From positions 1-27,596 of the forward strand of contig JBCNVM010000012.1 of assembly GCA_039630085.1 (NCBI GenBank): DNA of 27,596 nt, given 5' to 3'. The notes below the pieces were generated by a model. The model was not told the DNA's origin and made no database searches. It was given only the letters and a program-made list of their open reading frames with translations. Of this stretch, positions 1 to 7,966 are shown piece after piece (the first letter of the stretch is position 1; every line of letters starts with the position of its first letter). Position numbers and translations under genes: made by a program. This DNA is from Candidatus Caldarchaeales archaeon. Its GTDB lineage: Archaea; Thermoproteota; Nitrososphaeria_A; Caldarchaeales; Calditenuaceae.

Positions 1-231
1 CTGGGGATCAACAAGCCGATCAGGACCCACGCCAGGGACATGGTGATACTTCCGGAGATGGTCGGGATGACGATCGCGGTCCACAACGGGAAGGAGTTCG
101 TGCCGGTCGAGGTCGTCCCCGAGATGATCGGGCACAGGCTCGGCGAGTTCGCGATCACCAACAAGAGGGTCGTCCACGGGAGGCCCGGAATCGGGGCGAC
201 GAAGAGCTCGATGTACGTGCCGTTGAAGTAG
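1..231 (+). CDS. rps19p: 30S ribosomal protein S19 (uS19), 5'-partial
   Basis: Frame is open from base 1: [22 protein letters not shown]...HNGKEF...[12 protein letters not shown]...[19 protein letters not shown]. These are archaeal uS19 signatures. The ORF-track start at 40 is internal. Confidence 0.97.
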   Translation: MGINKPIRTHARDMVILPEMVGMTIAVHNGKEFVPVEVVPEMIGHRLGEFAITNKRVVHGRPGIGATKSSMYVPLK

Positions 232-246
232 GGGAGTGGGCCCCTA
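229..246 (+). terminator. Small hairpin at the rps19 stop (TAGGGG-AGTGGG-CCCCTA), possible 3' end structure
   Basis: 6-bp inverted repeat overlapping the stop codon in a convergent intergenic gap. No T-tract follows. Confidence 0.2.
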
Positions 247-285
247 AACCAAGAGCATCTGACCTGAGAGCCCGCTGAGACGGAT

Positions 286-1593
286 CTAGAGCTGTAACTC
301 GCCCGGTTTCACGCCGGCCTCTGACCTCTCAGAGACTGTCAGCTCGAAGGCCCGCCTGATCATCCGCTCGTAGGCCTCCGACATCCTGACTCCTCTGCGG
401 GACATCATCCTCTTGGCGGTCTCGACGGCAGAGTCGACCCTGAGCTCGACGGGCTCCGCGCCGAGGGACCTCGCGTGAACCGTGAAGGGCGGGACGTCGG
501 TCATCACGGTGCCGTAGAGGTGGCTGAAGGCGCCGATTCTCTTCCCCGAGAAGACCGTGGTGCCTATCGCGGACTTCACGTGGTCGCCGACCGCAGGGCC
601 GAGGAAAGTCATTCCCGTGTCCCGAACTCCTCTCCCCACCTTGACCCTGACGGTCCCGTATGTGTTCTTGAGGTTCGAGAACGTGGTCCCCGCGCCGAGG
701 TTAACCCATTCGCCGACGTAGGAGTGGCCGACATATCCGTAGTGCCTTTTGTTGGAGAATCCGAGGAAGACGGTGCGCTCGACCTCGCCGCCGACCCTGC
801 AGTTCTCGCCGACGTAGGTGGAGAGGACTTGGGAGTTGGGGAATACGACTGAGGACCTCCCGATCGCACAGGGGCCCTCGACCCTGGACCCGGACATCAC
901 TACCGCGCCCTCGCCGATCACGACCGGGCCCCTCCTGACGTCGAAGGTGACGTTCGGCTCGACGACCGCTCCCCACCTCACGATCAAACGTCGCCTCTCG
1001 CCGAGAACGTGGACATTTTCGTGGACCTCGCCCTCCCAATCCCCTGACCTGATCCCCTCGAGGTCGGACCCGAGCAGCTCGACGCTCACAGCCGCCAGAT
1101 CCCAGAAGCCTCCGAGCGGCCTGAGCCCTGCGACATCCGTCACCCCGGCCGCGAGCCTCATCACCTGTCCTGAGTCCAACCGTAGGCCCCGGCCTTCGCC
1201 GATGAGCCCCGCGAGGTCTTCCCCCCTGAGCCTCGCCCCGACGAGCTTGCCGCCTGAGGTCACAGCGACGCGTTCCCTCCGCAGCGGCTCGAGGGCCCTC
1301 AGCACCTCTCCGGTGGGCGGGAAGGAGGGGTTGACGACGATGACGTCCTCGGACGCGAACGCATCGACGTCGTTGACCCCGCAGTCAGGCCGCCTCTCCC
1401 TCAGGACCTCGGTCAGATGTGGCCTCGTGAGGACGATCGTCGGGCCAGCGCCCCTGAGCCAAGTCTCCCCGTAGCGGTCCAAGAAGGTCTTGCTCCCCAC
1501 GACCAGCTCGCAGAGGGCCCTCGTCAGCGTGAGGGGCTCGAAGGCCTCGACGTCCGGCTCGAGGACCACGAGGCGCCAGTCGGCCGAGCCCAT
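286..1593 (-). CDS. Putative sugar-nucleotidyltransferase/acetyltransferase (GlmU-like, NTP_transf_4 N-terminus plus left-handed beta-helix)
   Basis: N-terminal PLTLTRALCELVVG, hexapeptide repeats, and the segment GGEVERTVFLGFSNKRHYGYVGHSYVGEWVNLGAGTTFSNLKN typical of the alternative GlmU-like family. It abuts the acyl-CoA synthetase stop. Confidence 0.85.
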   Translation of the reverse strand: MGSADWRLVVLEPDVEAFEPLTLTRALCELVVGSKTFLDRYGETWLRGAGPTIVLTRPHLTEVLRERRPDCGVNDVDAFASEDVIVVNPSFPPTGEVLRALEPLRRERVAVTSGGKLVGARLRGEDLAGLIGEGRGLRLDSGQVMRLAAGVTDVAGLRPLGGFWDLAAVSVELLGSDLEGIRSGDWEGEVHENVHVLGERRRLIVRWGAVVEPNVTFDVRRGPVVIGEGAVVMSGSRVEGPCAIGRSSVVFPNSQVLSTYVGENCRVGGEVERTVFLGFSNKRHYGYVGHSYVGEWVNLGAGTTFSNLKNTYGTVRVKVGRGVRDTGMTFLGPAVGDHVKSAIGTTVFSGKRIGAFSHLYGTVMTDVPPFTVHARSLGAEPVELRVDSAVETAKRMMSRRGVRMSEAYERMIRRAFELTVSERSEAGVKPGELQL

Positions 1594-3519
1594 TCACCGC
1601 GCCCCCGAGAGCTCCCGCTCAAGCGACTCCTTCGCCTCGAAGACCTCCCTCACGCTGGCTTCGTCCTCAAGGGTAGAGACGTCGCCGACTTCGGAGCCCG
1701 TCAGGACGGCCCTGATCACTCTCCGCATGATCTTCCCGGTGCGCGTCTTGGGCAGCCTCTCGACGACGATCACCCTCTCCGGCGTCGCGATCGCTCCGAG
1801 CTCCCTCCTCACCAGCTCCCTCACCTCCTCCGCGAGGGTCGTCCTCTCGGCGCCCGCCTTCGGTGTGACGAGGACCACGAGGGCCTCGCCCTTGACCGGG
1901 TCGGGGACGGAGACGGCCGCGCACTCCGCGACCGCGGGGTGACGCGAGACCGCGTTCTCCAAGTCTGCAGGCGCCAGCCTGTGACCCGCGACCTTCACGA
2001 CGTCGTCGACCCTCCCGAGGACGTAGACGTACCCGTCCCCATCGACATGGCCGTAGTCGCCGGTGAGGTAAACACCGAACCTCCGCCAGTAGGTCCTCAC
2101 GTAGCGCTCCGGGTCCCCCCAGACCGAGTACATGAACGCGGGAGGCGTGGGCGGGAAGACGACAATGTTGCCCCTCTCGCCGGCCCCGAGCTCCCTTCCT
2201 GAGTCGTCGAGGACGCCGATCCTTATCCCGGGGTATGGCAGCCCGACGGAGCCCATCCTGTACGCGATCCCACCGGCGATCCCGTAGCCGCCCGGAGCCG
2301 CGATGAAGCCGCTGTTCTCGGTCTGGCCCCAGGTCTCGATCACGTGGCAGTCCTCCCTCCGCCTAGCGACGTTCTCGTGGAGCCACCTCCACGCCTCCTC
2401 CCCGAGTATCTCGCCTGCGCTGACGATCAGCCTCAGCGAACTCAGGGAGTACCTTTTCGGGACTGAGTCGCCGTACCTCATCAGGAGCCTCACGGCGGTT
2501 GGGGCGACCCACATGTCGGTGACTTGGTGCTCATCGACGATCTCCCACCAGATACCGGGGTGCGGGTGGTCTGGGGCGTCCTCGTACCAGAGGACCGTCG
2601 CGCCGTTCAGGAGCGGGCCGTAGGTGCTGTAGCTGTGGCCGTTGATCCAGCCGATGTCGGGCGTCGAGAAGAAGACGTGGTCGTCGCCCCAGCCGAAGAG
2701 CCACTTCGCGTGGGCGTAGGCCCAGACCGCGTACTGTCCGTGGAGGTGCAGGACGCCCTTCGGCTTCCCGGTCGTCCCCGAAGTGTAAAGGATGAAGAGG
2801 GGGTCCTCGGACCTGACCGGCTCCGGCCTGACCTCCGCGCCCCTTCCGACCTGGGAGAGGAGCTCGTGGTACCAGAAGTCCCTCGACGCCCTCATTCCGA
2901 CCTCGACTCCGGTTCTCCTCAGGACCACGACGGACTCGACGCAGCCCGCCCTCTCCGCAGCCTCGTCGACGACCTCCTTCAGCATCACCGTCTTCCCCCT
3001 CCTGGTCATCGCGTCGGCGGTCACCACGACCTTCGACTGGGAGTCAGAGATCCTGTCCGCGAGCGCCTGAACTCCGAAGCCGCTGAAGACGACGCTGTGC
3101 ACCGCCCCGAGCCTCGCGACCGAGAGCATCGCGACCATCGCCTCGGGAACCATCGGCATGTAGACCGTCACCCTGTCGCCCCTTCGGACCCCGAGCGACC
3201 TCAGCGCCGCGGAGAACCTGTTCACCTCCCCGAGGAGGTCCCCGTATGTCAGTCGCCGGACCAGTCCCTCGCTCCCGATCCACGCCAGCGCGACCTTGTT
3301 CGCCCTCCCGCGCCTAACGTGCCTGTCGAGGCAGTTGTGCGTGATGTTGATCTCTCCTCCCACGAACCACCTGTAGAAGGGAGGTCGGGACTCGTCGAGG
3401 GTCACGTCCCATCTCCTGAACCACTCGAGCTCCGACGCGACCCTGCTCCAGAAGCCCTCGGGGTCTCTCACCGACTCCTCCCAAGCTCTCCGATGGGCTT
3501 CGACTACGCCCTCCGACAT
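1594..3519 (-). CDS. acs: AMP-forming acyl-CoA synthetase, acetyl-CoA synthetase family (substrate pocket atypical)
   Basis: Motifs RWFVGGEINITHNCLDRH, ARLGAVHSVVFSGF, YTSGTTGKPKG, GRVDDVVKVAGHRL and LPKTRTGKIMRR. Confidence 0.93.
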   Translation of the reverse strand: MSEGVVEAHRRAWEESVRDPEGFWSRVASELEWFRRWDVTLDESRPPFYRWFVGGEINITHNCLDRHVRRGRANKVALAWIGSEGLVRRLTYGDLLGEVNRFSAALRSLGVRRGDRVTVYMPMVPEAMVAMLSVARLGAVHSVVFSGFGVQALADRISDSQSKVVVTADAMTRRGKTVMLKEVVDEAAERAGCVESVVVLRRTGVEVGMRASRDFWYHELLSQVGRGAEVRPEPVRSEDPLFILYTSGTTGKPKGVLHLHGQYAVWAYAHAKWLFGWGDDHVFFSTPDIGWINGHSYSTYGPLLNGATVLWYEDAPDHPHPGIWWEIVDEHQVTDMWVAPTAVRLLMRYGDSVPKRYSLSSLRLIVSAGEILGEEAWRWLHENVARRREDCHVIETWGQTENSGFIAAPGGYGIAGGIAYRMGSVGLPYPGIRIGVLDDSGRELGAGERGNIVVFPPTPPAFMYSVWGDPERYVRTYWRRFGVYLTGDYGHVDGDGYVYVLGRVDDVVKVAGHRLAPADLENAVSRHPAVAECAAVSVPDPVKGEALVVLVTPKAGAERTTLAEEVRELVRRELGAIATPERVIVVERLPKTRTGKIMRRVIRAVLTGSEVGDVSTLEDEASVREVFEAKESLERELSGAR

Positions 3520-3540
3520 CCGCCGAGCGACGGTCGCTGG

Positions 3541-3548
3541 GGATAAAT
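3541..3548 (-). promoter_or_regulatory. Putative TATA box for acs (leaderless)
   Basis: ATTTATCC on the minus strand about 23-28 nt upstream of ATG 3519, an AT-rich island in GC-rich DNA. Confidence 0.55.
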
Positions 3549-3568
3549 CCGTTTCAACGCCCTCGAGG

Positions 3569-4099
3569 TCACTGGCCCCTGAGCAGCCCGATCAGGTGCG
3601 GGAGCTCGTCCGCGATCAGCTCCGCCGCGAGCCTAGCGCCGTCCGGCGAGCCGGGGAACGCGAAGACCGCAGCACCCCTCACGATGCCCGCGGTCGCCCT
3701 GCTGAGCATCGCCGCGGCCCCGATCCTCTTGTAGCTCTCGAGTCGCAGGACCTCCCCGAACCCCGGCAGCTCCCTCTCGAAGAGCGGCCTGACCGCCTCG
3801 ACCGTGACGTCCCTCATCGCTATGCCAGTCCCCCCTATCACGACGAACGCGTCGCAGCCCTCCGCGATCCCCTTAAGCACTGCCTCCCTGATCTGCTTGA
3901 GGTCGTCGTCGACGACGCCGTACCTCACCACCGAGTACCCCCTCCCCCTCATCACCTCCTCGACAGCGTCGCCGGAGTCATCGACGACCCTCTCGCCCCT
4001 CCTGAGGGCCGCGTGCCTCGACGTGCTCGCGGTCACGATCCCCACCCTGACCGACTTGGGGGCCCTCTCGCGGTGCTCCCTGACGGCTCCGGTGCCCAC
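3569..4099 (-). CDS. moaB: Molybdenum cofactor biosynthesis protein MoaB/MogA (molybdopterin adenylyltransferase)
   Basis: Motifs EHRERAP, IVTASTSR...DDSG, GGTGIAMRDVTVEA, LPGFGE, AMLSRATAG and FAFPGSP. Confidence 0.93.
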   Translation of the reverse strand: MGTGAVREHRERAPKSVRVGIVTASTSRHAALRRGERVVDDSGDAVEEVMRGRGYSVVRYGVVDDDLKQIREAVLKGIAEGCDAFVVIGGTGIAMRDVTVEAVRPLFERELPGFGEVLRLESYKRIGAAAMLSRATAGIVRGAAVFAFPGSPDGARLAAELIADELPHLIGLLRGQ

Positions 4100-4121
4100 G
4101 GCTCCGTCCTTCCGAGCTCCG

Positions 4122-4129
4122 GTATTAAT
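4122..4129 (-). promoter_or_regulatory. Putative TATA box for moaB, overlapping the cofD stop
   Basis: ATTAATAC on the minus strand about 24-29 nt upstream of GTG 4099. Confidence 0.5.
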
Positions 4130-5069
4130 CCCGAGCCCCTCCGATCCTCACCGCGAAGTTCAGGACCTCGCCCGCTAGCCACCTCGCCGCCTCTCTCGAC
4201 GTCATCACGGTGTCCGTCACCAGCACCTCGATCCCGAACCTCGACCTGATCGGGCCCGCGAACTCCTCGTCGGCCCTGTCGATGACCAGCCCGTCTATCA
4301 GCCCCTCATAGAACTGCGCCACCCCGACCACGCCGGGCTCGTAGCCGAACGCAACCATGAGCCTGTCCGCGGGACCCCTCATCGCCTTGCCTCCCACTAT
4401 CGGGCTGACCGCGACCTTCACGGAACCGGAGCGCCTTATCGCCTCCTCCACGCCCTTCGTCTCGAGGATCGGCCTGACGCTCAGGATCGGGTTGCTGGGA
4501 GCGAAGACGATCGCCTGCGAGCCTGTGAGAGACTCGATCACGCCCGGCGCCGGCACCTCGCCGGGCGACCTGACCCTCCTGACCTCGAGGACATCGGGAG
4601 CGGTGCCGCGCTCGACGAAGTACTCCTGGAAGCTCATCGTCCCCTCCTTCGTGACTACCCTCGTCTCGACCCTGAAGTCGGTCATCGGCAGGACCCTGCA
4701 CCTGATCCCCATCCTCCTCGTCAGCTCCCCGGTGACCTGCGAGAGGCTCATCCCCTCCCTGAGCATCACGGTCCTGAGCAGATTGACCGCGAGGTCCATG
4801 TCACCGATCCTGAACCAGTTCTCGAATCCCAACCTCCCGATCATCTCGTTGCACCTGAAGGTGTCGCCCCTGATCCCCCATCCCCTCTCCCAGTCGCCGA
4901 TCCCCGAAAGGGCGTAGAGGACCGTGTCGACGTCCGGGGAGACGTAGAGGCCGTAGATCACCTCGTCGTCGGCCGTGTTCACGATCACGACGAGCCTCTC
5001 GCCCAGCAGGTCGTAGAGCCCCGCGGCGAGCCTAGAACCCCCGACGCCTCCCGAGAGCAGCGCGATCAC
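4125..5069 (-). CDS. cofD: 2-phospho-L-lactate/PEP transferase CofD (FbiA), F420 biosynthesis
   Basis: True start is GTG 5069 (GTGA overlap with the upstream stop). Motifs LSGGVGGSRL, IVNTADD, GLYVSPDVDTVLY, WFRIGDMD, FQEYFV, APSNPILS, AVSPIVGG and GPADRLM. The ORF-track extension to 5447 is spurious. Confidence 0.95.
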   Translation of the reverse strand: MIALLSGGVGGSRLAAGLYDLLGERLVVIVNTADDEVIYGLYVSPDVDTVLYALSGIGDWERGWGIRGDTFRCNEMIGRLGFENWFRIGDMDLAVNLLRTVMLREGMSLSQVTGELTRRMGIRCRVLPMTDFRVETRVVTKEGTMSFQEYFVERGTAPDVLEVRRVRSPGEVPAPGVIESLTGSQAIVFAPSNPILSVRPILETKGVEEAIRRSGSVKVAVSPIVGGKAMRGPADRLMVAFGYEPGVVGVAQFYEGLIDGLVIDRADEEFAGPIRSRFGIEVLVTDTVMTSREAARWLAGEVLNFAVRIGGARD

Positions 5070-5707
5070 GGCGGGTTCCCCCACCTGTCGACGTGCGCGA
5101 CCTCCCTGAGGGTCATCCTCGTCGGCGGCCTGATCCCTCCCGGCAGGCCCACCTCGACCATCGCCTGCGGCTCGACGTGCTCCGGTATCCCGAGGACCCT
5201 CCTGACGGCTTCGGGCGCGAAGAGGGGGCCGCTCCTCCAGCAGGCGCCGAGCCCCAGAGCGTGGAGCGCGAGGAGCAAGTTCTCGATGAAAGCGCCGATC
5301 GACTGGACCGCCATCAGGTACTCGCACCGGGCCCTCCGCTCGTCGGGGTAGACGTCCATGTCCTCCATCGTGAGGCATACCACGATCAGCACCGATGCCC
5401 TCAGCGTCCTCTTCATCGACTCCCTCACTATCGCCTCGATCCTCCACTCCGGGTGGCCGTCGGCCCTCAGGTCGGCCCTCCAGACTTCCGCCATCTCCTC
5501 GAGGAGCCTGACGATCGTCTCCCTGTCCTTCACTACCACGACCCTCCAGGGCTGGGCGTTGTGGGCGCTGGGCGCGTAGGTAGCGACCTCGACGGCCTTC
5601 AGCACCAGTTCGAGGGGGACCTCGCCAACGCCGAGCAGCTTCGACGACCTCCTCGACCTGATGACCTCCAGCAGCCCCTCGGCCTCCCGCGCAGGGCCCG
5701 ATGTCAT
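5066..5707 (-). CDS. Nitroreductase-family protein resembling the FbiB C-terminal (dehydro-F420-0 reductase, FbiE-like) domain
   Basis: Start ATG 5707 (ATGA overlap). Motifs IRSRRS, APSAHNAQPWR, MAEVWRADLRADG, MAVQSIGAFIENLLLALHALGLGACW and PLFAPEAVRRVLG. It lies directly upstream of cofD. Confidence 0.85.
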   Translation of the reverse strand: MTSGPAREAEGLLEVIRSRRSSKLLGVGEVPLELVLKAVEVATYAPSAHNAQPWRVVVVKDRETIVRLLEEMAEVWRADLRADGHPEWRIEAIVRESMKRTLRASVLIVVCLTMEDMDVYPDERRARCEYLMAVQSIGAFIENLLLALHALGLGACWRSGPLFAPEAVRRVLGIPEHVEPQAMVEVGLPGGIRPPTRMTLREVAHVDRWGNPP

Positions 5708-6384
5708 CCGGCAGTGCTGGTCTCCGGCCCGAGATAACCGCTCCGGGCCGCGCCCGCGATCGCCTCGGCGATCCTGAGGTCCTCGGGCGTGTTGACGTTG
5801 ACCGCGAAGCCGGGATCCTCGACCGTCACGAAGTGCGGGCTCGAGAGGGCCGCGTCTACCGACCCTCCCTTGTACCTGATCAGCCTCACGCCAGTCGGGA
5901 AGAGCGGTCTGCCGTCGACGGTGTATCGGGTCGCGCTCCTGAGGGACGTGCCGAACGACTTGACCAGCTCCTCGCGGACCACCACCACGACGTAGTCCAT
6001 TTCGGAGAGGTCGCCGCGGGAATGCCTCGACAGCAGTTCTTCCACCACCTCCGGCACCAGGAACGGGACGTCGGCCGAGAAGGTCGCGTAGAGTCCCGGG
6101 CCGAGCGCCGAGAGCGCGAACTTCAGGTCCTCCAAGTAGCCCCCTCCAGGAGCCTCGATCACCTCGTATCCCATCCGCCTCAGGAACTCGGTCGTCCTCG
6201 GAGCGAACCTGCTCGTCACGCAGATGACCCTGCTCAGCGACCTCACCGCCGCGAGCCGGTCCAGGACGTGCTCGACCATCTTCTTGCCCTCGAGCTCGAC
6301 CAGCGGCTTCTCCACGCCCCCGCCCATCCTCGTCCCCCTTCCGCCGGCCATCAGCAGGCCAACGTGGCTCCGGCCCTCGCGCAT
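5704..6384 (-). CDS. cobY: CobY-like NTP (guanylyl)transferase, adenosylcobinamide-phosphate guanylyltransferase family
   Basis: Motifs MAGGRGTRMGGGVEKPL, VTSRFAPRT, APGGGYLEDL, SADVPF and VNVNTPEDL match the archaeal CobY pattern. Confidence 0.8.
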   Translation of the reverse strand: MREGRSHVGLLMAGGRGTRMGGGVEKPLVELEGKKMVEHVLDRLAAVRSLSRVICVTSRFAPRTTEFLRRMGYEVIEAPGGGYLEDLKFALSALGPGLYATFSADVPFLVPEVVEELLSRHSRGDLSEMDYVVVVVREELVKSFGTSLRSATRYTVDGRPLFPTGVRLIRYKGGSVDAALSSPHFVTVEDPGFAVNVNTPEDLRIAEAIAGAARSGYLGPETSTAG

Positions 6385-6411
6385 CGTCTGACTCTTCCCT
6401 CCCGCGTCGGG

Positions 6412-6488
6412 CTTTTAATGCTGGGCTGTGCCCCTGATCCCAGATCCGATTATAAACATTTAAATGCATTCAGAGAGCGGCTTTAAAT
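6412..6488. promoter_or_regulatory. Divergent promoter region cobY/tbp with several TATA-like boxes
   Basis: TTAAAA on the minus strand (6418-6413), about 29 nt before cobY. TTATAAA (6450-6456), TTTAAA (6459-6464) and TTTAAA (6482-6487) lie upstream of tbp. Confidence 0.5.
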
Positions 6489-6499
6489 GGACTGCGGAC

Positions 6500-7081
6500 A
6501 TGACCGAAGCCTACCCTGAGCCCAAGATCGAGATCCAGAACGTCGTCGCGTCGGTGACGCTGAACCAGAGGCTGGACCTGCAGGCGATCCAGAACGCGTT
6601 CCCGCAGGTCGACTACAAGCCCGCCCAGTTCCCGGGACTGGTCTTCAGGCTCGAGAGGCCGAAGACCGCGACGCTGATCTTCAGCAGCGGGAAGATGGTC
6701 TGCACCGGCGCGAAGAGCGAGGAGGAGTCGAAGAGGGCCGTCAGGAGGGTCGTGAGGCTCCTGAAGGAGAAGGGCTTCCTCGTGAGCGAGGACGCGATCA
6801 TCGAGGTCCAGAACATCGTCGCGTCGATCGACCTGTACGGTCGCATCAACCTCGAGAGGGCCGCGCAGGTCCTCGAGAACGTGATGTACGAGCCCGAGCA
6901 GTTCCCCGGCCTGATCTATAGGATGTCGGAGCCGAAGGTCGTGATCCTGATGTTCGCGAGCGGGAAGCTGGTCTGCACCGGAGCCAAGACGGAGTTGGAC
7001 GTCCAGAACGCCGTGAGGAGGCTCTCGGAGGAGCTGAGGTCGAAGGGCCTCATCACCTACGTCGCGCCTGCGGGCGAGTGA
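6500..7081 (+). CDS. tbp: TATA-box binding protein
   Basis: Two repeats: IQNVVAS...YKPAQFPGLVFR...LIFSSGKMVCTGAKS and VQNIVAS...YEPEQFPGLIYR...FASGKLVCTGAKT. ATG 6500 is the preferred start. Confidence 0.98.
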   Translation: MTEAYPEPKIEIQNVVASVTLNQRLDLQAIQNAFPQVDYKPAQFPGLVFRLERPKTATLIFSSGKMVCTGAKSEEESKRAVRRVVRLLKEKGFLVSEDAIIEVQNIVASIDLYGRINLERAAQVLENVMYEPEQFPGLIYRMSEPKVVILMFASGKLVCTGAKTELDVQNAVRRLSEELRSKGLITYVAPAGE

Positions 7082-7133
7082 CCGCGCTCTCGTTTAAATC
7101 TCAGGCACCACATTCTTAAAACGTGAAGTAGGC

Positions 7134-7778
7134 ATGTTCAGGGTCAGGGCCCGGATGCAGATCGCCTGCCCTTGGGCCCAACGCCTCAGAGCGCTCGGGA
7201 GCTCGTGCGACCTCGTCATGTGCGTGCCGAAGGTCAAGTCGCTGGGCGTCAGCGCCCTCGTGAGGGTGAAGTCGTCGACGCTTAGCGCCCGCGAGCTCTC
7301 GGAGAAGGTCTCGGCGGTCCCAGGCGTCGAGCACGCGGTCTTCTTCGAGGGCGTCGAGGCCGGGAGCTACGTCGGGCTGGTGAGGACGAAGGCCTGCGCC
7401 TGCGCTAGGTCCGGCGTGCCGTTCAACAGGCTCCTGACGGCGAGGGAGACGACCGGCGGCGTGACCTTCGAGCTGCTCTTCCATGACCCGAACGAGTTCA
7501 GCGACTTCGTCAGGGAGTCGAACGCGAGGGGATACTCGGTCAGCGTGGAGGAGGTCAGGCAGGTGACGGCCGAGCTGCCCGCGTCCCAGCTCACCAAGAA
7601 CCAGATGCAGCTGCTCGCGGCCGCGCTCCACATGGGGTTCTACGAGGTGCCGAAGAGGGCCGGCACGAGGGAGCTCGCCAGGCTCTTCGGGACCTCTCCG
7701 AGGGCGATATCCGAGGTCATCAGGAGGGCCCACAAGAAGCTGGTCTCCTCCGCGATCTCGGCCGCCGAGAGGACGTGA
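7134..7778 (+). CDS. Transcription regulator with C-terminal HTH_10 (bacterio-opsin activator type) domain
   Basis: C-terminal LTKNQMQLLAAALHMGFYEVPKRAGTRELARLFGTSPRAISEVIRRAHKKLV. TTTAAA and TTAAAA boxes lie upstream (7093-7121). Confidence 0.88.
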   Translation: MFRVRARMQIACPWAQRLRALGSSCDLVMCVPKVKSLGVSALVRVKSSTLSARELSEKVSAVPGVEHAVFFEGVEAGSYVGLVRTKACACARSGVPFNRLLTARETTGGVTFELLFHDPNEFSDFVRESNARGYSVSVEEVRQVTAELPASQLTKNQMQLLAAALHMGFYEVPKRAGTRELARLFGTSPRAISEVIRRAHKKLVSSAISAAERT

Positions 7779-7796
7779 CCATCAGTGGGACGCTGA

Positions 7797-7901
7797 GGGG
7801 GCGCGCAGGGGCGGACCGGGCTCGAGGCCAACTCCGACCGTCGGCTAGCTGACGATCTGGAGAAGCTGGGGCCGACGAGCTTCCGGCAGGCGGCTGTCTG
7901 A
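7797..7901 (+). pseudogene. Possible relic fragment of an ABC1/UbiB (AarF) atypical kinase gene
   Basis: A start-less 34-codon frame reads ...RTGLEANSDRRLADDLEKLGPTSFRQ. This resembles the ABC1 motif LAxDLExLGPTFIKLGQ, but the match is short. Confidence 0.25.
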
Positions 7902-7966
7902 GAGCCTCGGAACTTAAAAGGCATCACATATAATATGGGGGACCTAGGAGCGGGACCGACGACCTG

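Noticed and set aside
5070-6469. Long N-terminal extensions of cofD (to 5447) and the nitroreductase (to 6469) in the ORF track, suggesting fusions
   Set aside because: The extensions are Arg/Gly-rich off-frame readings of the upstream genes. The real starts overlap the upstream stop codons.
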